This document shows, one piece after another, positions 1-12,800 of a DNA stretch of 63,105 nt (positions within the stretch are counted from its first letter, which is position 1; each line of letters starts with the position of its first letter). The notes under the pieces are model-generated. The model was not told the origin of the DNA and did no database searches. It saw only the letters and a list, made by a program, of their open reading frames with translations. The stretch is from Eledone cirrhosa (lineage: Eukaryota): positions 1 to 63,105 of the forward strand of contig CAXHJY010001709.1 of NCBI GenBank assembly GCA_964016885.1, written 5' to 3'. The position numbers and the translations under genes are program-made.

Positions 1-373
1 TAGTACTGTAGAGAGAGTATGTGGACGCTGGGTTTTTACTCCGAAAATGCATGGTGGTGCACTTGTCCCACAGCTAGCTTGAGTTGCCAGTCTGAGATCC
101 ATTGTTGCAGTGTGTCCAGGTCAGACTGCAAGCAAGATCTATAGTGTTCAGGATCTGTCCTTTTTTATCTCAAGGTACAGCTTGATGTCATCTGCGTACT
201 TTAGTACTGTGGCATTCTTTAAGTGGCATCTATGTCATTAATATATGCCACAAACAAAAGGGGAGCAAGAACAGATCCCTGTGGTACACCAGATAACATC
301 TCATATGGTGAGGAATGCTGTCCCAGAACTGTGACTACCTCTCTTCGACTGAGAATGAAGGACTTCAACCAGT
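1..373 (-). mobile_element. Decayed CR1/L2-group LINE reverse transcriptase fragment
   Basis: Minus strand reads WLKSFILSRREVV...SGVPQGSVLAPLLFVAYINDI...LKYADDIKL...LQSDLDTLQQWISDWQL with stops and frameshifts. Confidence 0.85.
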
Positions 374-384
374 TAAAAAAAAAT

Positions 385-617
385 GCGAGCGACGACAGAA
401 AAACAGAGGGAGGCCATTAGACAGGGAGGGATACAATTAAAACGGAAAGTAAAAGAGTGTTGTCATATAGAGAGTGAAGAGAGACAGAGAGTAAAGCAGT
501 TAAATTATAGAGAGGGTGAAAGAGAGAGTAAAGCTAACAAACTATAGAGAGGTGTGTAGGATACATACATACATACATACATAATACACACGACACTCAG
601 CTTTATAATATTATAGA
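385..617 (-). mobile_element. 5' part of non-autonomous Helitron (family H1)
   Basis: Reverse complement starts A|TCTATAATATTATAAAGCTGAGTGTCG then (TATG)n, identical to the start of the element at 9186; left boundary approximate. Confidence 0.7.
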
Positions 618-1229
618 TTAATTACATTGACTTTGAGATCTAAATGAATCTAGTTTAAGATATATGATTGTTTCAATTGTGGAATCATAAATTGTTAATC
701 CTTTTGATAGTAAATCACACCTGGTTCTACGATACAAAACTTTGTTTTAAAATGTATATATTTATCTAAAACCCTTTCATCATAATTTTACATAACAATC
801 TTTGTTAAGTTATATTCCAAATAACAAGTTCCATATTACTATAAATCCTTCCAAATTCTTGATTATTTTCAAAATTATTTGAAAAACATAGACACTGCCA
901 TTCATTAGAAATGATTAAATTACATATATAATAGAATGTAGACTTTATAATAGTGATAAGTGTGAATATCTATCTCAACATGAAAGATTACAGTGGGGTG
1001 GAAAATAATCTCAATTAAAACAGAAATAAAGTGAAAGATGACTGTAGAAGATGTAGGAAGTGGTGCTGAAGTCTGATCTCAGGATGCTGAACTTCGTGAA
1101 ACAAAAAAAGTCACAAGGACTATGACAAGTGGTGAGTGCTATGTTTGAACAGATCCATTTAAGTGTGGAAAAACAGACATAAAATGATGATAAGTACGAT
1201 TGCTTAGATAAATTTCAATTGAGATTGTT

Positions 1230-2356
1230 AAGACTAAGGTCCATGTAAGTAGACGAGAAAACAGAACCCAGATCCCCTCAGGGAAATGGCTTTGTTCAGT
1301 ATGTAGGAAATCCATCCTCTGCCCCAAATGCAAACAATGGGTACACAAGAGATGTAGTGGGATCTCAGGAAGCTTAACTAAGAATGTAGGCTTCACATGT
1401 AGCAGCTGCGCTGGGACAACAAGCAGCAAACAGCCACAGGAAAAAGGCACCACCAAACTCTGAGAGGGCTCAGTAGAAACAGCTTCTGCTACCTAGGTGA
1501 CCGAATTAGCAGCGGAGGTGGGTGTTCGGAAAGTACAATAACTAGGGTAAGAACGGGATGAAAGAAATTCAGGGAGCTACTGCCACTGCTAGCTGCAAAA
1601 GGCTTTTCCCTCAAAATGAAAGGCAGACTGTATGATGCATGTATACGAACAGCAATGTTACATGGTAGTGAAACCTGGGCGCTGTCTGTAGAAGACTGGC
1701 ATAGATTAGAAAGAAATGAAGTCTGCATGCTCCGATGAATGTGTAATAGTAATATATGCGAACGGCAAAGCATAAATGAATTGAGAGAGACTGAGCATAA
1801 GAGGAATCAAATGCTGTGTGCAAGAGAGGAGTTTGTGTTGGTATGGACATGTGATGCGTATGAAGGATGATAGCTGCATAAAAAGGTGCAGAGCACTAGA
1901 AGTTAATGGAAGCCACGGGGTGGGGAGACCCAAGAAGACTTGGGATGAGGTGATAAAAGCTGACCTTACCCAATTACACCTCTCAAAGGCGATGACACAC
2001 GACCGTGACCTCTGGCGTCACACAGTAATACAGAAGACCTGACTCCCCACGGGTACAAGCCGAAGCTGAAGCATATAGACAATATTCCCCCACCCCCTCC
2101 CACTGCAAAAAAGCACCCAGCCCACGCTGTAAAGTGGACGTGTAGGCGCCATGGGAAAAAAGCACCCAGCACTCACTGTAAATGAGGTTGGTGTTAGGAA
2201 GGGCATCTGGGTGTAGAAATCAAGCCAGAATCAGTTTCCGTATGGGCAAGACAAGGTCAGCCAACCGGACACTGCCCACAACAGGATAACCCGTCTAACC
2301 CATGCTAGCATGGAAGAACAGACGTGAAACGGTGATGATGATGATGATGATGATGA
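1230..2356 (+). mobile_element. 5'-truncated, decayed RTE LINE (family A)
   Basis: Colinear with 31813-32974 but with stops and small deletions; ends in (GAT)n tail. Confidence 0.92.
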
Positions 2357-4057
2357 ACTATTTACAACATGAAAATGAATCTAAAATGAAGTTTATTTAA
2401 GATATGTTTGTTTTGATTATGGAATCTCAAATAGTTGTTAAATGACATAAATGACCTGTCATTATTCACTGTACACTATCAACAGCAGCACATTTTCAGA
2501 GTTATTGAAATGTCAAATTGAATGCTTTGCAGTATTCATTCTGGCTCTCTGCTGAAGAGAACTTTGCCTTTCACCCTGTCAAGACCAATAAAAGTACTGT
2601 GGTCTATTCTTCCTCTATGTTTGTTTGTCTCTTTCTCTCAAGACATGTCATGTCATGATAGCACCCATACAATTCACCAGGAGTCATACATACAATGTAG
2701 AATGTCATCATTTTACATCTGCTTTCTATGACGATCTGGGTTGACTGGGTTGATACAATTCAAGCCAGTTCTTATTTAGAGTAACTATCCTTCTAGACAC
2801 AGTGGGGTACCATGTCTCACTCATACATTCTATTTTTGGCATGTTTCATTTTTATAGCTGGATGCCCTTCTTAACACCAATATTTAGAGTGTACTAGGTG
2901 CATTTTATCATGGCACTAACACTAGAAAGGTTGCCATGCACTTCATGTGACTGCAGAATCCTTTATACTCTATGTTATTATGGAGCAACTGCCAGTCACT
3001 TTAGAGAGTGTATTGGGTGCATTTTATTGTGACAACAAAAGAGAGGTTGTCTTGTGCTCCATGTGACTAAGGATTCCTCTTCACTCTTTGTAATCTCTGT
3101 TCTTTGTGACTGAGAGTGTGAATAGGAGAGTGATAACTAAGAAAATTAAAGAGGAGGGAGTATAAATATGAGTATGATGGGGGAATAGACTGATATGATG
3201 ATAAGGGAAGTAGTAATAGAAAAGATAGCTATGTGTTGGTTGTTAGTAGATAGTTGAGTAGATAACAGCATGGGTAACTGGATGGTAATGAGGGTGGTAA
3301 ATATCAACTAAGAGACACAATTATTATAAACTAATGGATTAGTGTAATTAATAATGATGGCAATAGTATTGAATGTATTTAATTCTTGGAGTCCAGGATT
3401 GGTATGTTGTACATACCAGAATTATTGGATATATGAACAATTATACTAACTGGGAAATTTGCATTTTGATGAATTTATGGTTTTCATAAAAGAAACCCTA
3501 TAGTACATATTGATTACGGACACAGAGAAAAGATTAAAGATAAAAATGGAATTTAAAAAATATATTTCTGGATATAATTACATAAATGTTCAGCAAGCAT
3601 GTATGAATGACATACAGGATTAAATGTAATTAAAAAAAAAAAATGTTTACAAAAGGACAAAGGAAGAGTTAGAATCCAGTACCTTGTGATTGGAAAGCAA
3701 ACTTCTTATTGTAGGAACATGACTGAGATAGCAAATGCCTTTTGTCTATGTGTGTGTAAATTTTAAAGAATTACAGATATATAGTGTATATAAATATACA
3801 AACACACGTAAGGTATTATTATGGTTGATTCCCTTCATTAGAAAAAAGTTTTTGTATAGAACTTTCAAGTAAGTATACAAATTTAAAAATTTTAATCTAA
3901 AGTTACATCATTAAAATTGGTCATGGTATCTTTTAAAACAAATCAGGATAATGTCTTAAACATATGAAGATAATGTTATTGGAATCAAATAATTATATAA
4001 GACATAACTGAAATTAATTTTTTTTAAATGTAACATCTTTGAAATACAATTTCTTAC

Positions 4058-4149
4058 TTTCGAGATTCCATAGGATCTTGTTTATCGAGTTCCTGCACTT
4101 GTTTTTTAATTATAGGCATCCGTTTTGTGTCAACAAATACTTCATTCAT
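4058..4149 (-). CDS. OSBPL9: OSBPL9 exon ([30 protein letters not shown])
   Basis: tttcag / gtaaga; resembles ORP9 VFVDTKKLPIIKKKV...ESR. Confidence 0.92.
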
Positions 4150-7100
4150 CTGAAAATTATTAAGAAGGAATATAAAAATATCAATTGTAAAAATAAACTG
4201 TATTTAGCAGTAAATATTTGCAATATTTTGAGATTTACATAGATATAATATAAAAGTTTATATTTACATTGTTTCACTAAGGGTGTTGGACTTACAATCA
4301 TAATATTGTGGGTTCAATCCCTGAGTTGCATGTTGTGTTCTTGAGCAAAACACTTCATTTCATGTAGCTCCAGTATACTCAGCTGAAAAAGAGTACCAGC
4401 AATAGCTGGGGGTTTAACCCTGTGAAGGACTGGCATCCTGCCCATGGACGAGTCTTTTACTCTCAGTTGCTTCACGGCATGGAGACTGGCCTGATGAACT
4501 TCCAGGCTTGAGACAGACTTTAGACTTTTAGACTATAAATATATGTATGAATCTGTGACTCCTGATGGAGCTGTAGGGACACTGTGGTAACATATGGCAT
4601 GTCTTGATGGGGCACCCATCCCCTCTCCAAATCCGAATACAGTTGATTTCTCCCAGAGAAGCAGAAAGAGTAAGAAAGAGAAAGTGATATAGGGGAAGAA
4701 TCAACCCTAGTTCTTGACTGGTACCTTTTTTTATCAACCTCAAAAGAATGAAAAGCAAAGCTGACTGCAGCAGGATTTTAACAGAGTGAAAAAAGCAAGA
4801 ATATATACCACAAACCATTCTACTTGACACCCTAATGACTGTCAATTTGATGTATAAATAGGATATAAACAGGATATCCAGGGTCCATATCTAGGTATGA
4901 ATTCTGCATTTGTATTAACTCAGCTTTAATTTATCTTCCTAAGGATTTTATTTCTCACAATGTATTGATTAGTATTATGCTGAGTCTCCTGTTGGTTTCA
5001 ACAATAAGCATTCAGTTGTTCAGTCGACTGAATGCCTTACTCATTAAATTAATGTTTAAGTGACTGAGTATTCTACAAATACATGTAGCTTTAACATAAT
5101 TCTCAGGCAGAATGAATGTTACAATATATAATAAGGCTAGACTTTTGAATTTAAAGATACAATCTATCCGGTGGGCTCCCATTTACTCAACTTTATTCAC
5201 TGACATTGGTCAACTTATGGTAAAAGACACTTGTTCATAATTCCACACAGTGGGCTTAAACCCAGAATCTCATGATTGTTAGGTGAACTTATTGACACAC
5301 TCTCCCATGCTTGTGTCTACCAAATATTACTATAATACAAATATGAGTGCTATTTCATAAAATAAACATCCTATTTTGAATAATGTTTTTTTTTGAATTA
5401 GCAAACAATGTTTTTTTTTAATTTAACATTTTATTTGTATATACATTGGAGTGAACACAAATATAAATTAATTTGTCAACCAATGTGTTCATTAAAAATC
5501 CATTATAATGATATGTTGGTTTGGTTTAAATAGATAATTAACTTGGACGAAAATAAGATTTTAATAATAACATTTAAACCAAGAAATATGATCTAAACTT
5601 TCTCGATATTCTCTTACACATTGCCAGCTTTTTGAAGAGGAGATGGCCACTGTAAAGAATTTCTAAGAACCCCTGAAATGCAATGATGAACACAGTGAAT
5701 GGTACTTTATTTTACCAACACCAGAAGGATAAAAGGCAAAGTTGACTTCAGTAAGATCTGAACTTGGAATGTAAAGAGCCAGAACAAATGCTGCAATGGC
5801 AGTTAATCTAATGTTCTAATCCACCACAATAAAGAAATCAAAATCTTTTAGTGAAAATAAATAGAAATAGTTCAGACTTTTACTTACTCCTGATGAATGT
5901 TTGGCATACATTACACCATTCCATTCACCTTCAATATTACAGAAGGCCTTTTTCTCATTAGCTGCCAGAATTTCAGCTGTGATTCTGTGTTTTTTACCAC
6001 CATAAAAAGGCTGTGTGAATAAAAAAAAAAATTAAAAAAAAAAAAAAAAAATCAATAACAGGCTTAACAAAGTACAACAATAATCTTGTGTTTTTTCAGA
6101 GAGCTACAGCAATGCAAACATGAATGACAAAGGGATTTTGTCCTGAAATATTAAGGGATATTTAAACACCTCCAAGGTAACATTGCAACAACTATATTGT
6201 CATTATTTCCAACATTTAATAATGAAATTATTGTGTACAGTGCTCAGGTGCACTACAACTCAGCAAAGGTGCATGTATAGTACATAGAACAATATACAAA
6301 TGTCAGGGAAGTGAACAGTGCATGAGTCATGACACACGTGTGCGTGTGCATGGAGAGGGAATATCAGGTGCAGTATTGGCGAATCTCAGGAAGCATGGAG
6401 GTTTGATGTCTTATTTACATTGCTGTAGCCTTCTGAAAAACACACACAATTTTCTACACTTTCCAAAACCAATCAAGCAAACTACAACACCTTAATAATC
6501 TGATAAATTGTCTAGTGACTTTAGAGCAGGGTGATATTTCACCCACCTTCAAATTTCAATGCCTATAGGAACCCCCACACCAAGCCTTAATATGCAAACA
6601 ATTTTATGTAAGTTGTATATTTATGGAATAACAGAACAGTAATTTAATGTAAATTGTATAGTTATGGAATAACAGAACAGTAATTTAATGTAAATTTTAT
6701 ACTTATGGAATAATAGAACAGTAATTTAATGTAAATTGTATAGTTATGGAATAACAGAACAGTAATTTAATGTAAATTGTATATTTATGGAATAACAGAA
6801 CAGTAATTTAATGTAAATTGTATAGTTTTGGATTGGTAAAATTAGAGATTCATTTGTTTTCTCAGCATAAGTTCTAGACCATATAAACTTACATTTATTT
6901 AAATAAAAAAAATTATTGTCATTTTAATGCATTAAAAACTGTTTTATTTCATTCAATTTACTGAAGATATGAATTATGTACAATTTATTAAAATACCCAC
7001 AATGAGTCTTCTCTATGTTAGTTATACATATTCTACATGCTTCCATATACATCTCTATTTTGAATCATACTGGCAAATATGGGAAACAACTACATACATG

Positions 7101-9763
7101 TTTTGATATTATAATCTGATCAGTAAAGCAATTCTATTGTTTAATGTCAGCAAGTGTACAATCACATACAGTTATCCGTTCATCACTACTTTTCTTTTCC
7201 AGCTTCAGCTTGACCATGATTGTGTAGACTTGTGATCAAAGGCATTTTAGGCATACTCTTTTGTATATGTATGACTACACTATACAAAGTGTTCCTCCTT
7301 TTTTAAAATAATAGGATACACCTTGATGGAATTGTTTTGCTTTTTCTAACAGGTAAAGTAACCATGTAGAGGTTTTCTCTTTGGCTCATCTATCACTACA
7401 TCTTTGCTGATGAGGTCATAATATGTCTGAAACATTGTTTCCTCTGTACTTAAAAAATAATTAAACTAATACTAGTTATTGATTAATATTGTTCTTTTTC
7501 TTCACTACATTAAATATATTAATAATAATTTACACTTATGAAGAAAGAAGAACTAATATTTAAGCTATTAAGGATAATGTATAAATTAAAGGGTAATTTA
7601 TTCTTTAAAAAATTATGTCTACTAACCTTAGTATGAAATTCAATATTTGCACTATATCCACTTTTTGGACAAGTCAAGGAGACTTTACCACCAAGCTCAA
7701 CCCAAGGAACTGTTAAAATGGATCTAAAAGACACAAATTAATTCAAATGTTATAGGTAACACATATATTAAAAGTACAGACAAACAAAACAGCACCATAT
7801 CAGAGATGGTTTTATTTTTTACACACATGAATTGTATAGTCATAATTTTATGTCAGGCTTTTTAATATGACTTGATTTTGATTACATTCTTGTATCATCA
7901 TTTTTATATCCATGTTGGCATGGGTTGGACAGGTCAATATAACATGTCTCCACTTGTGGTCTGTTGCTATATGTTTTGAGAGTTTTAGAATCAAGAGGTT
8001 AACCAACACTACGTCTACTGATGTTCTCTGTAGTCTTGTTCTTCTGTAGGTTCCTTCTACTAGCAACATTCTATCATACATATATGTCTATACTATTAGA
8101 AAAATGGAAATTTTTGAATCATTTTTGATAGGTTTGGTATTATTAAGAATTGTATTGAATCCTGTTATCTTATTTTATCTTTAGTGTGAATGGCCCGTAG
8201 TTGCTCGGGATTCTAAAGATAGATTGGCATGTTTATCCGTACGGAATACCTCGGCCTGGGGATGGTGTCTACATTTTGTGCTTATAAAAAAAATGTAGAT
8301 TACCAAGGTTTTTTTCCGCGCGAAGAAAATCAATACTTTATCACGAAATAAATACTTTTGTTTATATTTTGTTATTGTGTATGCAAAAATATCTGTACAC
8401 GAATATAAAATTATATATATATATATATATATTAAAATAACAGATTAAAGTTTAAGCAAAGAATAGCTGCTTTCACCCTTAACGGGATCTTCTGAAACTA
8501 AAAGAAAAAAATCAATCTGTGAACGCAGAAGTAAATATTTCGAAAAACGTTACACTATATATATACACACACTATATATACATATATACACACACACACA
8601 CATATAGCGTAATAATGCAGACATACAGACAGATATTATAAGGGTGCAACGTTATATCTATGTATCTATCTAAAAAGAAAGACTAAGAATTATAGAGAGA
8701 GATCACTAAATCACCTAATGTGGTCCCTAGGGCATTGAAATCTAAAACAGAGAATGTCTGTCTGTCTGTCTGTCTGACTCCCTAAAACTCGAGAATCACC
8801 CAACTGATTGTTTTCAAACTTTACGCATGTAATATTTAAGGTCCTGTGAGTGTTTTGAGAAAAAGAAATTTCAAATTTTCAATGCCCTAGAGACTGCATT
8901 AGACGATTTAGCGATCTCTCTCTATAATTCTTAGTCTTTCTTTTTAGATAGATACATAGATATAACGTTGCGCCCTTATATCTGTCTGTATGTCTGAAAT
9001 ACAACATTATGACGTGTGTGTGTGTATGTATATATGTATATATAGTGTGTGTATATATATATATAGAGTGTGTAACGTTTTTCGAAATATTTACTTCTGC
9101 GTTCACAGATTGATTTTTTTAGTTTCAGAAGATCCCATTAAGGGTGATTCTTTGCTTAAACTTTAATCTGTTATTTTAATATATATCTATAATATTATAA
9201 AGCTGAGTGTCGTGTGTATTATGTATGTATGTATCCTACACACCTCCCTATAGTTTCTTAGCTTTACTGTCTCTGTCGCTCTTCCCTATCTCTATAATAG
9301 ATCATTCCCCCTCTCTATAATTTAACTGTTTTACTCTCAAATATTATAAAGCTGAGCGTTGTCTCTCTCTCTCTCCCTCTTTCACCCTCTCTATAATTTA
9401 ACTGCTTTACTCTGTCTCTCTTCACTCTCTATATGACAGCAGGTAATACATACATCAAAAGGCAACCCTGACAAATATAATAATGTATGTATCCCACACA
9501 CTTTTTCTGTTGTCGCTCACATAAGTAACACACACACACAAATTCACATACTTTCACACCTGATTTCACCAATTGCCGGATAACATCAAAACAAAACACA
9601 GACACACACATGCACATACACAAACATACATACATACAAAGTATAGATATGTGTGTGTATGTAAGATCATTCCCCTTCTCTATAATTTAACTACTTTGCT
9701 CTCTGTCGCTCTTCACTCTCTATATGACAACACTGTTTCAGTTTCCATATCTCCCTTCAATAT

Positions 9764-9804
<41 letters not shown>

Positions 9805-12800
9805 GAGAAAGATTAGGAAAACTACACACACACATCTACCGAGAGAGATACAATTAAAGTGTTAGTTATTCAGAGAGAGAGTCAGAAGGACAATGTGACA
9901 CGGGAGGGTGTGTGGTATCTTTGCAGTAGAGTGGTGGGGGCAGGTATACCTAGCCGAGCGCCAGCCGGACGGGCCAGCTAGTAATTATATATTTGTGTAC
10001 AGATATTTTTGCATACACAATAACAAAATATAAACAAACGTATTTATTTCACAAGGCTCGAAAAGGATAAATATATATCAAATATATAAGAACCCTAGAG
10101 CAAATCTCGAGCAATGTCGGGCCATGATGATTTTTAATTTTTCTCAGAGATGTGTCGAAATATTAATAATGAGTTAGGGTAACCCTTTAGCATTTAAACT
10201 GCATTTAAATTGGTTGTATCCGGCCAGAATTCTCTCACCTCTTTCTGTTCAAACCAACCGTAACTATCCATTCATACTTATGTTAAGGTGTTGTTCTGAA
10301 AATAAATAATATCAAAATCTTGTAGATTCGATATTATGAGAGGTAAAGCCTTTACTATGAAAATATAATAGTAAATATAGAGTAATATAATTGCTAAAGG
10401 ATTAAAGTAAGCTACTTCATACCAAAAAAAAAACTTAGATTGGAGCAGCTCACTTTAAGTTAACATATGTTTCAAAAATTCAAAATTTGTGCAATGCTTC
10501 TTGAATACAATTGATAATGTGCTTTGTATATCACTCTAGAAAGATAAGGACCTGCTTGATTAATGTATAGAGTGAGAAGGGATATGCTGGAGCAACAAGG
10601 TTAATCTTCTAAGAACATCTTTTGAATAGACAAACATCTCCAACAAAAGATTTGCAACAATTAAAATTGTCTTTTCTTTGGTAGAAACCAGCATAATAGC
10701 CATCAAATTTATTACAGAGTCTTTTCCACACTCCTTTTTTTAAAGTACTGTATGAAAGAAAATTTATCATATACAAATAACATTTAGATAATCAATATAT
10801 AAATATGTATTAAATGTATAACAAGTAAAAAATTACCAAATTAGGTAGTCACAGACACTGAACCATTTGAAGAATAGTGTTGATAAATATTTAATTCAAT
10901 GATGGTTAGCTGGTATGAAAAAGTCAATATCTATATATTTCACTTCATAAATCTTTGCATATTTAATAGAAAGGGAGATTTGTTGTCTGAAATGAATTTT
11001 TAAATATATCATTGCAGGTGGAGTAAAAGCCTATACTAACCTCCCATAACCATTTGGAAATGTAAATATGTATTCTTCCTCATAATCTGGAACTGACAAA
11101 ACAGCTTGTCCTATCATATGAACACCAATGGACAGTCCAAGAAATTTAGATTTTGTCCATATGTATCCATCCAAGCTAATTCGTTTGTCATAGTGTTCTG
11201 CATAGAAGGCAGAGACTGGAAAGAAAACAATACAATCAAAACAAGAGCATTTAAAAATACATTACACTAACATAAACATCAGTTAAGCATAAAAAAAATC
11301 TATCAAATTAAAAGGCAGACTGACTGAAGGGTATAAATTATTTTTATAAAGTTCACAATGAAAAAAGTTCCCACATCCTATTTTTTTTAAACATGATAAT
11401 TTAACCATTTTATGAGAGTGGCCTGAAAAGTTCATAGGCTGACGCTAGAGCTGCGAAATCTTGCATGCTTTAAATTCAACTCTTCTTATTAATAACTGCA
11501 TTGTTTCTTTCCAACCTCATTTGGTCTTTCCATGAGAGTATGTTGGTCAGCTTATGGACTTTTCAGCTGACATTCCTAAATATCAATAATTACTTATTTT
11601 GCAATATCAAATGTATGTGTGTATGTACAGAGCTGTAATTCCTGTAGGAGTTGTAGGGGTACCATCATGGCATAATGTAGTTTTGTGTGGTACAGATTGT
11701 TAAGAGTTAATGCATATCTGATGGAACCACCATATTTGGAGGCATATGAGATCTCTTTTTCTTCCTCCCAAAATGGTTTAAAATATATCATCCATGTCTT
11801 ATATGTGAAGTTAAGGTACTTGGTAGGCTAATGTTTACCCAGATGCTGTAGACCACCATGCTTTTTACCTAGTCTAACTCTATAATACTGTAAAATTATT
11901 TACTCAAATATCATCATTATTATTATGACCCAACCTAAAGAAAAAATATCATTTGGTGTGTTTGTTCATGTTCATCAAAAAGGCTAGATGGACAAAGATG
12001 GAATGAAATTATGGTTACTAAAAATATGAAGGTCTCCTGGTGGACTTTTAAGAAAGCCTTCACTTTTGGTCTAGGATCAGTTCAGGGCAGATTTTTTCAG
12101 CTATCCTAGATGCCTTTTTGCTCTTAGTTCTTTTTCCTGGCATATTACATATTTTAATAACATTAAATGTTTAGCTGTAAACACACAAACATTTTTTTCC
12201 ATTACATTTGAGAGAGAGAGAGAGAGAGAAAAAAAACAAAAAATTCATTTACTCGGTGGATGGTGTGAAACTTGTTCAGCAATAAAAATTAAGTTATCTT
12301 CTGTTGCCCAAGGGAAAAGAGGACTCTCATTTGTACTCTGCAAAATAAAATATTTTTATTCTTTTATTACTTTGTCATTGCATATGATTTATAGTTAAAT
12401 TTTAAAATAAGCCAGTTTTGAAATGATGCAAAAAGTAATCTACCTATTAGATTACAAATCAAGTATAATAATTTTTCATATTGGTAACATCATCATCATC
12501 ATCATTGTTTAACCCTTGCATGGGTTAGATGGGTTGTCACATTGAGACACATCAGGTCCAGAGACCACCTCTTGCTCACACAGACCTGTATTTTGGCTTG
12601 GTTTCTATAGCTGGATGCCCTCCCTAACACCAACCACGTTAGAGTGTAGACTGGGTGCTTTTTATCGTGGCACCAAAACGACCACCTTACAGGATGAACA
12701 GGGTGCTTTTTGTTATGTCACCAACATGACCACTTACTTTACAGTGTTGACAGTTCTTTTTCTCATGCCACCATCACAAATTTAAAGGGAAGAGATATTA

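Noticed and set aside
6606-6832. Regular 41-bp repeats resembling a CRISPR array
   Set aside because: No unique spacers; a plain minisatellite in a eukaryotic intron
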